Below, piece by piece: positions 51,858-63,136 of a stretch of 64,000 nt of DNA (positions are counted from its first letter, which is position 1; each line of letters opens with the position of its first letter). The stretch is taken from NCBI RefSeq assembly GCF_018977255.1, contig NW_024704743.1, positions 1,426,001 to 1,490,000 of the forward strand, in the 5' to 3' direction. The notes under the pieces were generated by a model. That model saw only the letters and a list, made by a program, of their open reading frames with translations. It ran no database searches and was not told where the DNA came from. This DNA is from Callorhinchus milii. Its lineage: Eukaryota. The translations under genes were made by a program, and so were the position numbers.

Positions 51858-52547
51858 GTACGTAACTAGTATAGTGTTTTATCTCCCCTCCCCTCCCCTC
51901 CTCTCCCCTCCCCTCCTGATCCCAACCACCAGCTCAGGTGCAGATCCCTGACTGTCCAGGGCCTTCGGATGTCCTCCCAACGTGAAAGGCGCTGTACTTA
52001 CACAGCTGACTGGGCCCCGAGTAGGGGTGATAAGACCTTATATGTGATCCATAAAAGATGTATAATAATAATTACATCCCATCCGAAGGACGACAACTCC
52101 GGCAATGCAACACGCGCCCCAGCGCTGCATTGGGGCCTCAGCTTAGACTGTGTGGTTCTGACCGTGTGGGGCTTGAACCCACAACCTTCTGACTCAGAGG
52201 CGAGAGGGAGAGCGAGAGAGAGAGAGAGAGAGCGAGAGCGCTATCAACTGAGCCAGGCTGACATTAGCTAAAGACTGTGTGTGAGTGGGTGGGGTGGGCA
52301 GAGTGAGATGGCCGTAAGTGTGGTCAGAGGGACATGTCTTTGAAAGTGTGGATGGGGGAGAGGGGGAGAGGGAGGGTGGTGGGTGGGGAGGTGGGGGTGG
52401 GCTGAGGTAGAGGGACTCTGGGATGGAGTTCCAGGGAGTAGGGGCTGAGAGAGAGAGAGAGAGAGAGTGAGAGGGTGTAAAAAAGTGTGGGCAGACAGTT
52501 ACCTGTACTGAAATGTTGAATTATTTCGCTCTCTGGGTTTGCGGAAG

Positions 52548-52639
52548 ATCAACTTTATGATATTTCTGAACATCATCCGAATTCTGGTGGAGAAACTGAA
52601 ATCGCAGGATGCGGGAGGCAATTCTTCAACCCCTTTCTC
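52548..52639 (+). CDS. ghrhrl: GHRH-receptor-like/PRP receptor exon 10 (INFMIFLNIIRILVEKLKSQDAGGNSSTPFS)
   Basis: 92 bp, TM5-ICL3, GTAAGT donor. Confidence 0.85.
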
Positions 52640-53321
52640 GTAAGTAAATCCCATCGCAACGCAGGAACAGTGGGAATACAGTGAGGAATTGAGACCTGGG
52701 AATTATAATAATAATTGACACGATTGACCGGGACCCTGAGTGTCAGTGCTAAGACCTGAGACATAACGTACAAAAGATGTATAATGATAATGATGGTAGT
52801 CCCGGCATTTGATACGGCGCCTGATCACGTCTTCGAGACGTCTCAACTTCACAGGATACACTGTAAAGTGAATTGACTGTGTATTTTGTGGGCGAAACGC
52901 GGGAGCCGATGGCGCACAGCAGCGTCCCCCACAAACAGCCGCGGGTTGAGCGGCCAAAATATTACTAGTATTTTTTTTTTGGGGGGGAGGGATTATTACA
53001 TCTGGAAAGCGATCGCCAATCGACTAACAGCCGGTTCCTACTGACTGCCGGTAAACAGAGGCGAGTGCTCTAACCACTGAGCTGGGGGGGGGGGGGGGGG
53101 TTGGGATCAAGAGGGGATGGAGAGCAGGGTGGGTGGAGGTTAGGAGGGTGACCAAAGGCACTGCCGAACACCGGATACAAGTTAATATAGAAGGGGCACC
53201 CGGGGAGAGAGAGGGAAACTCGTGGGAAGCACCTTCTGACCCAGCTCCGAGGGGGTTAGCAACTGAGCCAAACGTGACAGGTTTACGGGCAATAATCCAA
53301 CACAGAACCCTTTGTTTTCAG

Positions 53322-53452
53322 GAGATTGACTAAAGTCCACTCTGCTTCTCATCCCTCTGTTTGGGGTCCATTACATCCTGTGTGTCTTCTTCCCGGACAG
53401 CATGGCAGAGGAACTGAGATTGTTTATCGAGATTGGGATGGGATCCTTTCAG
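53322..53452 (+). CDS. ghrhrl: GHRH-receptor-like/PRP receptor exon 11 with a +1 frameshift (corrected: [43 protein letters not shown])
   Basis: 131 bp rather than 130. ACT-AAA-G-TCC has one extra base at 53332-53335, and removing it restores TM6/TM7. Confidence 0.8.
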
Positions 53453-53772
53453 GTAATCAGAAAAAAAAAAAAAAAATCATCGTCGCATTTGACCCGGTGC
53501 CTCATCGCGTCTTCGAGACGTCTCAAAGCGCTTCACAGGATATAACGTAAGGTGAATCGAACGTATCTTTTGCGGGCGAAACGCAACAGCCAATCGCGCA
53601 CAGCAGCGTCCCCACGATCAGCCCCACCCCCCCTCCCCGCCCGCCCCCCACCCCCCACCGGGAATCGAACCCTCTCGCTTGCGAGGCGAGTGCTCCCGAA
53701 CCAATACGCTACAGGACTCTCCCCAGATAGAGGTCCAAGTCTCCCCAAACACATTCCATCTTTATCTTCCAG

Positions 53773-53814
53773 GGTTTTGCTGTGGCTCTGCTCTACTGCT
53801 TCCTGAACGGAGAG
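53773..53814 (+). CDS. ghrhrl: GHRH-receptor-like/PRP receptor exon 12 (GFAVALLYCFLNGE)
   Basis: 42-bp TM7 exon, ccag acceptor and GAG|GTGAGG donor. Confidence 0.88.
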
Positions 53815-53892
53815 GTGAGGAATACAAACTGACCGCCCGGCACCTTCGAGGAGAAACTAGGGATTTCTGCACGGAAGGAGGCCCATGATTCA

Positions 53893-54704
53893 GCCCATCG
53901 TATCTGTGCTGGGGCTCGCTCCCCCACTGGAGCTCTCTACTCTAACCCCATTCCCTGCTCTCTCTCTCTCTCTCCCCCCATGGTGTCTGTGCTGGGGCTC
54001 GCTCCCCCGCTGGAGCTCTCTACTCTAACCCACTCCCTGCTCTCTCTCTCTCTCCCCCCATCGTGTCTGTGCTGGGGCTCGCTCCCCACTGGAGCTCTCT
54101 AACCCCATTCCCTGCTCTCTCTCTCTCTCCCCATCGTGTCTGTGCTGGGGCTCGCTCCCCACTGGAGCTCTCTAACCCTATTCCCTGCTCTCTCTCTCTC
54201 TCTCTCTCCCCATCGTGTCTGTGCTGGGGCTCGCTCCCCCACTGGAGCTCTCTAACCCCATTCCCTGCTCTCTCTCTCTCTCTCTCTCTCTCCCCATCGT
54301 GTCTGTGCTGGGGCTCGCTCCCCCACTGGAGCTCTCTAACCCCATTCCCTGCTCTCTCTCTCTCTCTCTCTCTCTCCCCATCGTGTCTGTGCTGGGGCTC
54401 GCTCCCCACTGGAGCTCTCTACTCTAACCCCATTCCCTGCTCTCTCTCTCTCTCTCTCTCTCTCTCCCCATCGTGTCTGTGCTGGGGCTCGCTCCCCCAC
54501 TGGAGCTCTCTAACCCCATTCCCTGCTCTCTCTCTCTCTCTCTCTCTCTCTCCCCATCGTGTCTGTGCTGGGGCTCGCTCCCCACTGGAGCTCTCTACTC
54601 TAACCCCATTCCCTGCTCTCTCTCTCTCTCTCTCTCTCTCCCCATCGTGTCTGTGCTGGGGCTCGCTCCCCCACTGGAGCTCTCTACTCTAACCCCATTC
54701 CCTG

Positions 54705-54735
<31 letters not shown>

Positions 54736-54990
54736 ATCGTGTCTGTGCTGGGGCTCGCTCCCCCACTGGAGCTCTCTACTCTAACCCCATTCCCTGCTCT
54801 CTCTCTCTCGCCCCATCGTGTCTGTGCTGGGGCTCGCTCCCCCATTGGAGCTCTCTAACCCCATTCCCTGCTCTCTCTCTCTCTCTCTCTCCCTCCCCAT
54901 CATGTCTGTGCTGGGGCTCACTCCCCCACTGGAGCTCTCTACTCTAACCCCATTCCCTGGTCTCTCTCTCTCTTCATCGTGTCTGTGCTG
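53893..54990. repeat. Minisatellite, about 13-14 copies of a 75-90 bp unit
   Basis: Unit CCCATCGTGTCTGTGCTGGGGCTCGCTCCCCACTGGAGCTCTCTA(CTCTA)ACCCCATTCCCTGCT(CT)n. Confidence 0.95.
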
Positions 54991-55226
54991 GTGCTGACCA
55001 CTGTAAGGCCTTCTGCCCTCTGTTCCACCGTTGGTGGGCTTGCTTACAGCTACTAAGCCCCGAAACTCTGGAACACTCTATCCCTCTATCCCTGTGCCTT
55101 GCCCCCTCTTTCCCCATCTTCTGGGCCTCTGCCTTGTGTGAGGGATTGGGGTGGTGGTGGGGAGAGGGTCGGGGGGGGCTATATATAGTTATTGTTACTG
55201 TAAGGACTATCCTCCTTTCTGCCCAG

Positions 55227-55418
55227 GTGCTGACGGAGTTGCAGAAGCACGTAAACTGGTGGCACTCGCTGAGATATCTGACCTTCAGCCCGAAACCTGC
55301 CAGGAACCCTTCCACAGAGAGCAGCACCAACAACTTTGTCACTCAGATGTCTCTGCTCGAAAAACTCAGCCCCAAGAGAAAGGCCAACGACAACCAACAT
55401 GGCATCTCCTGCGTGTGA
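55227..55418 (+). CDS. ghrhrl: GHRH-receptor-like/PRP receptor last exon (VLTELQKHVNWWHSLRYLTFSPKPARNPSTESSTNNFVTQMSLLEKLSPKRKANDNQHGISCV*)
   Basis: cccag acceptor, TGA at 55416-55418. The tail VTQ.SLLEK.SPKRK..NG/HG...V resembles my recollection of the avian GHRH-LR/PRPR tail rather than GHRHR, SCTR or VIPR2. Subtype call needs a phylogeny. Confidence 0.75.
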   Translation: MLTELQKHVNWWHSLRYLTFSPKPARNPSTESSTNNFVTQMSLLEKLSPKRKANDNQHGISCV

Positions 55419-55553
55419 GAGGCTCGCGCTCAAGCCCTGAGCTTCGTGCGCGGAAATGGAGGACAGGAGCCGGTCAGCTGACTTCCTCACCTCCCTCCTC
55501 CCTCCCAACCCCCCTCTCTCCCACGCCCCCCACCCCACCCCCCAATAAATAGT

Positions 55554-55584
<31 letters not shown>

Positions 55585-58500
55585 TCCTGCATTGACAGCA
55601 CCTTTCATATCAGGAGGAGGACGTCTCAAAACACTTCACGGGATGTACTGCAAAGAGTATATGTTTGGAGGTGAATGAGGTAACCAGTTGATACACAGCC
55701 CAACCTCCCACATAGGAAACCACAGGTCAGTCTTGAATTTGCCCCCCAACTCCCCCCAACTCCCCCCCCCACACCCCTCCCTCAATCACAGCTGTCACTT
55801 TGGCTCAATTGCTAATCCGCTCGGAGTTGGGTCAGAAGGTCCTTCCCATCTGCTGTTCAGGTGGATGTTAAAGTTCCTGCGGCGCTATTCGTAAAGAGAA
55901 GGGAGTTTCTCTGTTTTATTTGTGTGTGTGTGTGTGTGTGTGTGTGGTGGGGGGGAGAGGGGGTGGGGGTGTGTGGGGGGAGAGGGGGTGGGGGTGTGTG
56001 GGCGGTTGGGGGAATGATTACGGACAAAGGATGTTAACAGCTGACAAAGGCGTAAAAATAATAATAATCCTTCCGTTTGACACAGCGCCCCATCCCGTCT
56101 TCGATTTGTCTCAAAGCGCTTCACAGAACATACTGTAAGGCGTAGTGACTGTGTGTTTTGCGGGCGAAACGCGGCAGCCGATTGGGGCACAGCCGCGTCC
56201 CCCACAGACAGCCGCGGGTTCAAGTGACCGATTTACTGTTGTCGTTCTTTTTTTTGGTGTGTGTATCTGTGGCTCGAGACTCACGATATCGTGTCATTTG
56301 TCTGTGGGAAAGAACACATATCCCCCCCCTCTCCCCCCACCCTCTCACCCCCACGTGCCCCCCCCCCCCCCCACCCGCACCCCCTCCACTTTTTGTCTCA
56401 ATCACTTTTTACTCTGTGAACACTTTTCTTCTGTGTCCCTCTGTGTATCCCTTTTTTTTAAAATATATTTTTTGGACGAAAAACAAGACTTGTTATATCA
56501 GCGTTGTGTTAATTAATCGCTACCACTAATAAAATATTAATCCTTAGATTTGATATCGTTGCCTTTTATGGGCGGGGGAGAGGGAGGGGGGGGGGGGGGG
56601 AGGGAGCTATCTCACAGCGCCTCACAGAATTTACTGTAAAATGTCAAACAACAATAACACTCCCCGGCATTTGACGCAGCGCCTGATCACGTCTTCGAGA
56701 CGTCTCGAAGCGCTTCACGGGATTCGCTGTCAAGTGAATTGTCTGTACATTTTGTGAGCGAAACGCGGCGGCCGATGGCGCGCAGCGGCCTCCCCCGCAA
56801 ACAGACCCGGGGGTTGAGTGACCAAATTATTATATTTTTGTTTGGAAGCAATTATTAACCCTCTCCCAGAGAGCGAGGAAACTTACTTAAGGTCTCGCCC
56901 CGCCCGGGAATCGAACCCGGGCCCTCTGGCTTGCGAGACGACCGTGCTAACCGTTACGTGACGGGACTCCAAAGTCCTGACGTGGGGCTTCACGCCCGCA
57001 ACCTTCTGCGCCCCCCCCCCCCCCGAGGCGAGAGTGCTACCATCCGAGCCAGGGTGGCACAGGGAGTGTCTGTCTGTCGCCGGTGCGGTGTAGTGACTGT
57101 TGCAGTGGAGCTGGTGCAGGGCACTGAGACTTTTAACACAGAGGAACATTTAATGAAATCGGTACAATCAATTCATCACCATTTTAAAAAAAAAACCTCT
57201 GATATGTACATCTACACACGTCACTTGTCCCTCCCTCCCCCCCACCTCCCTCCCCCCCACCTCCCCCCCTCCCCCCCTCCCTCCCTCCCTCCACCCCAAA
57301 CCCTCCCCGAATGTAAAATAGCAAACGATAAAACAATAAATAACTGCTCGTAACATCTCCCGAGAAGCAACATCATCGTGAACACAGACTTCCGATAAGG
57401 AATGACAGCTGTACGGTGCTCGGGGCCGGTGTGGAGCTTTCACGATTAACATTAGCGCTCGCGATACCAGTCTTAATCGAGGGGTCTCCAACCCGTCGAA
57501 TCACTGCTCGTAATCCTCGCCTTTGACACCCACGCCTTTGTGGCGGGGACGTCTCCAAGCGCTTCGCAGGAGCCGCCATGGCAAAGCGTAGTGACTGTAC
57601 ACTTTGTGGGGCGAGGCGCGGCTCCCGATTGCGCGCAGCGGCGTCCCACAAACAGTCGCGGGTTGATTTTTTACAGGAGGGGGGGGAACTATTACCCCCC
57701 GGAAAGCGATCCGCCAATCGACTAAACCTAGTTCCTACTGGGTAAACAGAGGAGTGTGGAGTAAGGAAACATGGCCGAGGTTTGCCCGGGGAATCGAACC
57801 CGGTTAGTCCTCTGGTTGCTCCGGGGACTCCACTTGCCCCCAAAACAAGAGGAAGGACCGATATTTATTGTAATCAGTGAGGTTTATCTTTTTGTTTCGA
57901 GCTGCAGGAAGCACTTTGTGCCTCTCTGACCTCCTTTTCGATCGGGCTCGATGACGACGCACAGAGCCATGGATCCTTCCTCTTGCCCTCCTGACCGTGT
58001 GCGCGAGAGCGCCCCCTAGTGCTCTCGTGTGACTGACCACTCACAGACCAGCACTCGGTCTGTAACTGCGCTCGCTAATAAGGCGTCACACCCGGCTTCG
58101 ACCCACCCCACCCTCTGCCCACTCCTGTGGTTCTATTGCCCACTCAATGCCCCCCCCCACCCCACTCCCCATTCTCTCTCTCTCTGCTCTCCCCCAAATC
58201 AACCCTACTTTACATTTCCCCTCCTTTCCGCCAGTTTGTCTCCCTTCCCTCTCAACATTTGAAACCCATCTAAACATACACCCAAACTCCCCCCACCTCC
58301 CCCCCCCCCTCCCCCCCCAGCCCACGTGAACCGCTTCTCCTTGACACAAGGCATGCAAATAAGTGCAAACTGTTGTCGTCATCAACCCAACGTGAATGGT
58401 CACAATATCTTTCTGCGGTGGGAATGGGTGTGCGCAATAAAGTTGGGGGGGTGGGGGAGGGGGGGGGTCTGCATTTCACAACTCGCCCTCCCCTAATGGA

Positions 58501-59324
58501 ATCTCCCCTCTTCCTCCCTTCACGCACAAAAGCTCCTGGCGCCCCCCTTCAAGCCATTCGTTAACCTGCCTGTTCACCAGAGTTGGCTGAACGGTCACCT
58601 CAAGGAACAGGAGGAGGCCATTCAGCCCATCGAGTCGGCGCTGGCTCTTTTAAGAGCAATCGTTTCCGCCCAATTAGATCTTTGAAACCCACTTCCCCAT
58701 AACCCTTCAGTCCTCTCTTCTCAACCTCCCAAACCTCCATCCATCTCCCGTGGTTGAGACGTCTCAAAGCGCCGCACAGAGTATACTGTAAAGTGTAGTG
58801 ACTGTGTGTTTTGTGGGCGAATTGCCCACAGCCGCGTCCCCGCAAACAGTCGTGGATTGAGCCAAGGACCAAACATCCCCACAATAAAGTTTGGCTTCTG
58901 CCGTCGAAAGCATTTGATCCCTTCCCCCCCACCCACCCCCCAACACCCCCAGCCCCCCACCCCCACCCCCCACCCCCTTTTTCCCCCAATGTAAAAAAGA
59001 AAAGGACATAGAGAGTTATTAGGCACAAGAAAAAGGTTCAAACCCCTCACGGGATTCTTCCCCGAAGCGGTCACAACAAAGACATCAGCGCCCACTTCAA
59101 ATAGACTCCACACACGTACACACACAGCCCACGTTGCAGCTTAGACATCAGGTCAAACACTACACCCCAAATACGACAGTCAAACACCACTCCCACTTTG
59201 CTCCGTTATAGTTTGTGAACAATATCTATCATTGCTCCGACTGAGGATCGCGTCAGAAGATCCCACCTTTAAGTGACTCGTCTAACCTCGAGGTTTTAAG
59301 TTTATTCCTCCTCTGAGAATAACA

Positions 59325-59700
59325 ACGATAATAATAGTAATAATAGTCCTTACGTTGGATTGAGGCGGCTCATCGCGTCATTCAGACGTCTCAAAGCGCT
59401 TCGCAGAAGATACTGTGAAGTGTAGTGACTGTGTGTTTTGTGGGCGAAACGCGGCAGCCAATTGTGCACGGGAGTATCCCCACAAACAGCCGCGGATTGA
59501 GCCGACTGAATGATATAATTATTTCTTTTTGGAGGGATTGCTATCCCCGGAAAAGCGATCTGCCAATCTGCCAAATTCCTACTTGCTGTTGGGTGATCAC
59601 AGGCCCCGTGGAGTAAGGACACTTGCCTAAGGTTTGCCCCCCCCCCCCCCCCGGGAATCGGACCCGAGTCCTCTCGCTTGCGAGGCGAGCGCTCTAACCA
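59325..59700 (-). mobile_element. tRNA/Deu/L2-tail SINE
   Basis: Same family. Confidence 0.8.
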
Positions 59701-59769
59701 ATGTGCTAAAGAGGGAGACCGGTCTCATCTCTTTCTCTCTCACTGTCTCTCCGCGTATCTTTTTGATTG

Positions 59770-60680
59770 TGGTTAGCGTGTCCCACACTAAACCTCCCCG
59801 GCACCTCTCTAACCTTCTCTGACCAGCTTTCTCACCCCCCCCCCACCCCACTCCACTACCTGTTTCCTCCGCTCGGTCCCCTCCGGCCTCCTGCTTGTCC
59901 CTCGTCCCCTCCGCTCCACCATCGGCGGCTACACCTTCACCCCCCCACCCCCACAGAAGCTTTGGAACTCCCTCCCTCAATCCCTCGGTCTCCTCCATCA
60001 CACCTCCCGCCCAACGCAGCTGAAACTCTCATCCATGAGTCACTTCCTACCTTGATACCCTCTCGCTCCCCCGTCTCCCCAGCTCCAACAGTTACAAAAT
60101 CCCCAAACCCTCTCAAAACTCCGCTGCCCACATCCTCACCCATCATCAAACTCCATACCCCCATCACTCCAGCCCTCTCCAGGCTCCCCAGCCCTCTCCA
60201 GGCTCCCCAGGCCTCCCCAGGCTTCCTCAGCCCTCTCCAGCCCTCTCCCAGCCCTCTCCCGGCCTCTCCAGCCCTCTCCCAGCCCTCTCCCAGCCCTCTC
60301 CCAGCCTCTCCAGCCCTCTCCCAGCCCTCTCCCAGCCCTCTCCAGCCCTCTCCCAGCCTCTCCAGCCCTCTCCCGGCCTCTCCAGGCTCCACTTGGCTTC
60401 CCTATCTCAGAAAAGATCGATTTCAAGATCCTCTTCATCAGATCACTTCATGCCCTGCCACCTCCCTACCTCTCAGACCCCACTCCCCTCCCTCTACCCC
60501 TTTTTTTTGGGGGGGGCCTTCTGTACGTCCCTCCGTTCCAATCATCAGTGGGTCCGTGAGATCAGCCAGTGTTGCCTGAACCTCTTGAGCTACCCTCCAT
60601 ATCCTCCCTCTCTCTCTGCCTGTCTGCAGTTGGCACCTGAAGACTTTCCTCTTCCACCTTGTCTACGGTCACCTCTTCTT
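59770..60680 (+). mobile_element. L2 LINE 3' fragments
   Basis: AETLIH, HITP.L..L.WLP and IDFKIL-like segments plus C-rich L2 tail. Many similar tails near 2150, 8230, 14230, 20430, 26430, 29790 and 63200. Confidence 0.75.
60170..60390. repeat. Minisatellite of CCAGCCCTCTC-like 8-11 bp units
   Basis: Direct tandem array inside an L2 fragment. Confidence 0.9.
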
Positions 60681-62357
60681 TCTCCCACACGCTTCCACCC
60701 CCCCCAAACCCAACCCACCCCACCCCACCCACCCGACTAGGTATCGAACCACCCCCATAGTTAACAGCAACAAGAAATCTCTTGTATAAATGACATCGGG
60801 AGGGCCGTCCCAAGGCAATGGGTTTGCACTCAAGCTGGGGATGGATTTGAGGAGGTGGGGGTGTGGTGGGGGGAGAGGGTGGGTGTGGGGGGGTGCGGTG
60901 GGGGTGAAGGGGTCTGGGGGAAGGGGAGCAAGTACAGACGATACACCACACAGCTCGCCATGCTACTGATTAACTGGTATTCCCGGCCGGAGACGAGGGG
61001 AGGAGGCTGACTGTACCTGCGGCGCTTGACAGGCTGAGACCCGGCGGCAAAAAAAATATTAGCCTCTCTTTGTGGTTCATCTTAAAAACAGCCAGAAACT
61101 CGCGATAGGTTAAGTGGAAAGAGGGAGATATTCTACCAAGTGGGGCGGTGGTGGGTGGGTGGGGAGAGGGGGGAAGAGGGGAAGGAGGGAGCTGTTGAGA
61201 GGAGGAAGAGGAGGAGAGGAGGAGAGGGAGAAGGGTGTCTGGATTGTCTCTGTTTTGGTGGCATTTTCACTGCCAAACCGTGGCATTTCTGTCTTGGCTT
61301 TTTGGGAAGGTTTTCCGCAGTCTGAAGGCTTCGAGCCTTGGGTCTGATGCGGCGCCTTTCGTGCCGCGGGATTCACTGTAAGGTGCAGTGACTGTGTGTT
61401 CTGTGGGGGGAAACGGGGGAGAAACATTTGCGCAGGCCAAGGTTCCCCCTCCCCGCTGAACGCGAGATTTTATCTGGGGGTGGGGAGGGGAGTGGGGGAG
61501 TGGGGGGGGGGGGAAGGCGAGGACACAGGGGATAGAGAGAAACTCCCTCCTCTTTTCGAGCAGCGAGAGCTTTAACGTCCACCTGAACGGGGACAGGTGA
61601 TGGGGAGATGGATGTAACGTCTTGTCAATGGCACCTCCGACAATTCAACTCTCCCCCATTTCCACCCCTCACACCGCCTCCCCCCCTTGCCATTTCCACC
61701 CCCCGCCCCACCCGGCACTGCTCTGGAGCGGTGGCCGAGGAGGACATGATTAAGAATCTGCCGAAAGGAAATGCTACTGATATTAATAATAATAATAATA
61801 ATAATCCTTCCACGCGGTGCAGCCCCTCATCACGTCGTTGAGACGTCTCAAAGCGCTTCACAGACCTTAACTGTCAAGCGAATCGACCGTGGGGGGGGGG
61901 GGCGAGACGTGGCAGCCAATTGACCACAGCAGCGCCCCCCCCCCCCCAAACAGTCGGGGATCGAAGGGGCCGAAGGGGTGAATATCAGCCAATCGACTGA
62001 CAACCGGGTTCCTGACTGACGTTGCTTTAGGTAAACACGTCCTCTCCACGTCACCACCAAAGGGCCAATATTTACAGGATGGAGTGAAAAATATCATCAT
62101 TATCCTCCCCCCACCCACCCACCCACCCACCTCCCCCACCGACCTCCCCCACCCACCCGCAAACACCTTAGGGCAGTGGCAATACCAGCGGAGTAGGGGG
62201 GTGGGAGCGGGGCAAGGATTAAGCGGGGGACATGGGTTGGGATAGGGTGGGGGTGGAAGGGTGGAGGCAGAAGGGGAAAGGGGACACACCCACACCCACA
62301 CACACACACACAGGGGGAAAAGTGGGGGCGGGTGGGGTGGTGGGGGGGGTCAAGGAT

Positions 62358-62546
62358 TCAAACAGCCAGGTTTTCGGCGTTGATGCTGGACATGCGGATC
62401 TGCGAGCTGCTCTTGCTGAGCACGGAGAGTTGAGTGCCGCCGTTGACCCCACTGCTGGCCAACGAGGGGTGACGGTGCTTGAAGTCAACAGCAAAGTATC
62501 GGTTCACCTTCCAGCTTCTCCACTTGCGCTTGATCTCAGACTGTAC
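62358..62546 (-). CDS. ADCYAP1R1: PAC1 receptor last exon ([62 protein letters not shown])
   Basis: Very close to the diagnostic PAC1 C-terminal tail. AAG acceptor, TGA at 62358-62360. Confidence 0.96.
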   Translation of the reverse strand, partial: VQSEIKRKWRSWKVNRYFAVDFKHRHPSLASSGVNGGTQLSVLSKSSSQIRMSSINAENLAV

Positions 62547-62614
62547 CTTCAGGGAGAAACTTAGACATGTCATTCGAATGTGTGTATGCATAATCCAACG
62601 TCTACAGACAGTTA

Positions 62615-62896
62615 ATAATAATAGTAATAATAATACTACTATTAATCCCGGCCTTTGACACGGCGCCTTTTCTTCCGGACGTCTCAACGCGCTTCACAGG
62701 ATACACCGTAAGCTGAAGTGACTGTGTGTTTTGTGGGCAAAACGCGGCAGCCGATCGCGCGCAGCGGCGTCCCCCGCAAACAGCCGCGGATTGAAGTGAC
62801 CGATTTATTATTTTCTTATTTATTATTACCCCGGAAATGCCATCCGCCAATCGACTAACAACCGGGTTCCTACTGACTGCCGGTAAACAGAGGCGC

Positions 62897-62932
<36 letters not shown>

Positions 62933-63039
62933 AGTGAGGAAACTTGCCCAATATCTCGCCCTGACCTGCCCGGGAATCGAACCCGGGTCCTCTCGCTCGC
63001 GAGGCGAGGGCTCGAACCCCTGAGCTCCAGGGACTCCAC
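62615..63039 (-). mobile_element. tRNA/Deu/L2-tail SINE, full length, in the PAC1 last intron
   Basis: Same family. Confidence 0.88.
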
Positions 63040-63094
63040 AATACCGGATATCCGGGTTTTTACCGTATCTTAGCCTTCACAGAGAATCTCTTAC

Positions 63095-63136
63095 CTCCCC
63101 GTTGAGGAAACAGTAAAGAACGGCTACGACAAAGCC
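63095..63136 (-). CDS. ADCYAP1R1: PAC1 receptor penultimate exon (GFVVAVLYCFLNGE)
   Basis: 42-bp TM7 exon, cccag acceptor and GAG|GTAAGA donor. The rest of the gene lies beyond the right edge. Confidence 0.94.

Noticed and set aside
53893..54990. CRISPR-like repeat array
   Set aside because: Eukaryotic intron. Units are contiguous with no unique spacers and there are no cas genes.
51154..55418. Calling the plus-strand receptor GHRHR, SCTR or VIPR2
   Set aside because: The CWDD ECL2, the C-terminal tail and the position beside VIPR1 fit PRPR/GHRH-LR better, though only a phylogeny would settle it.
59767..60579. 270-aa Pro/Ser-rich ORF
   Set aside because: C-rich L2 remnant plus a minisatellite.
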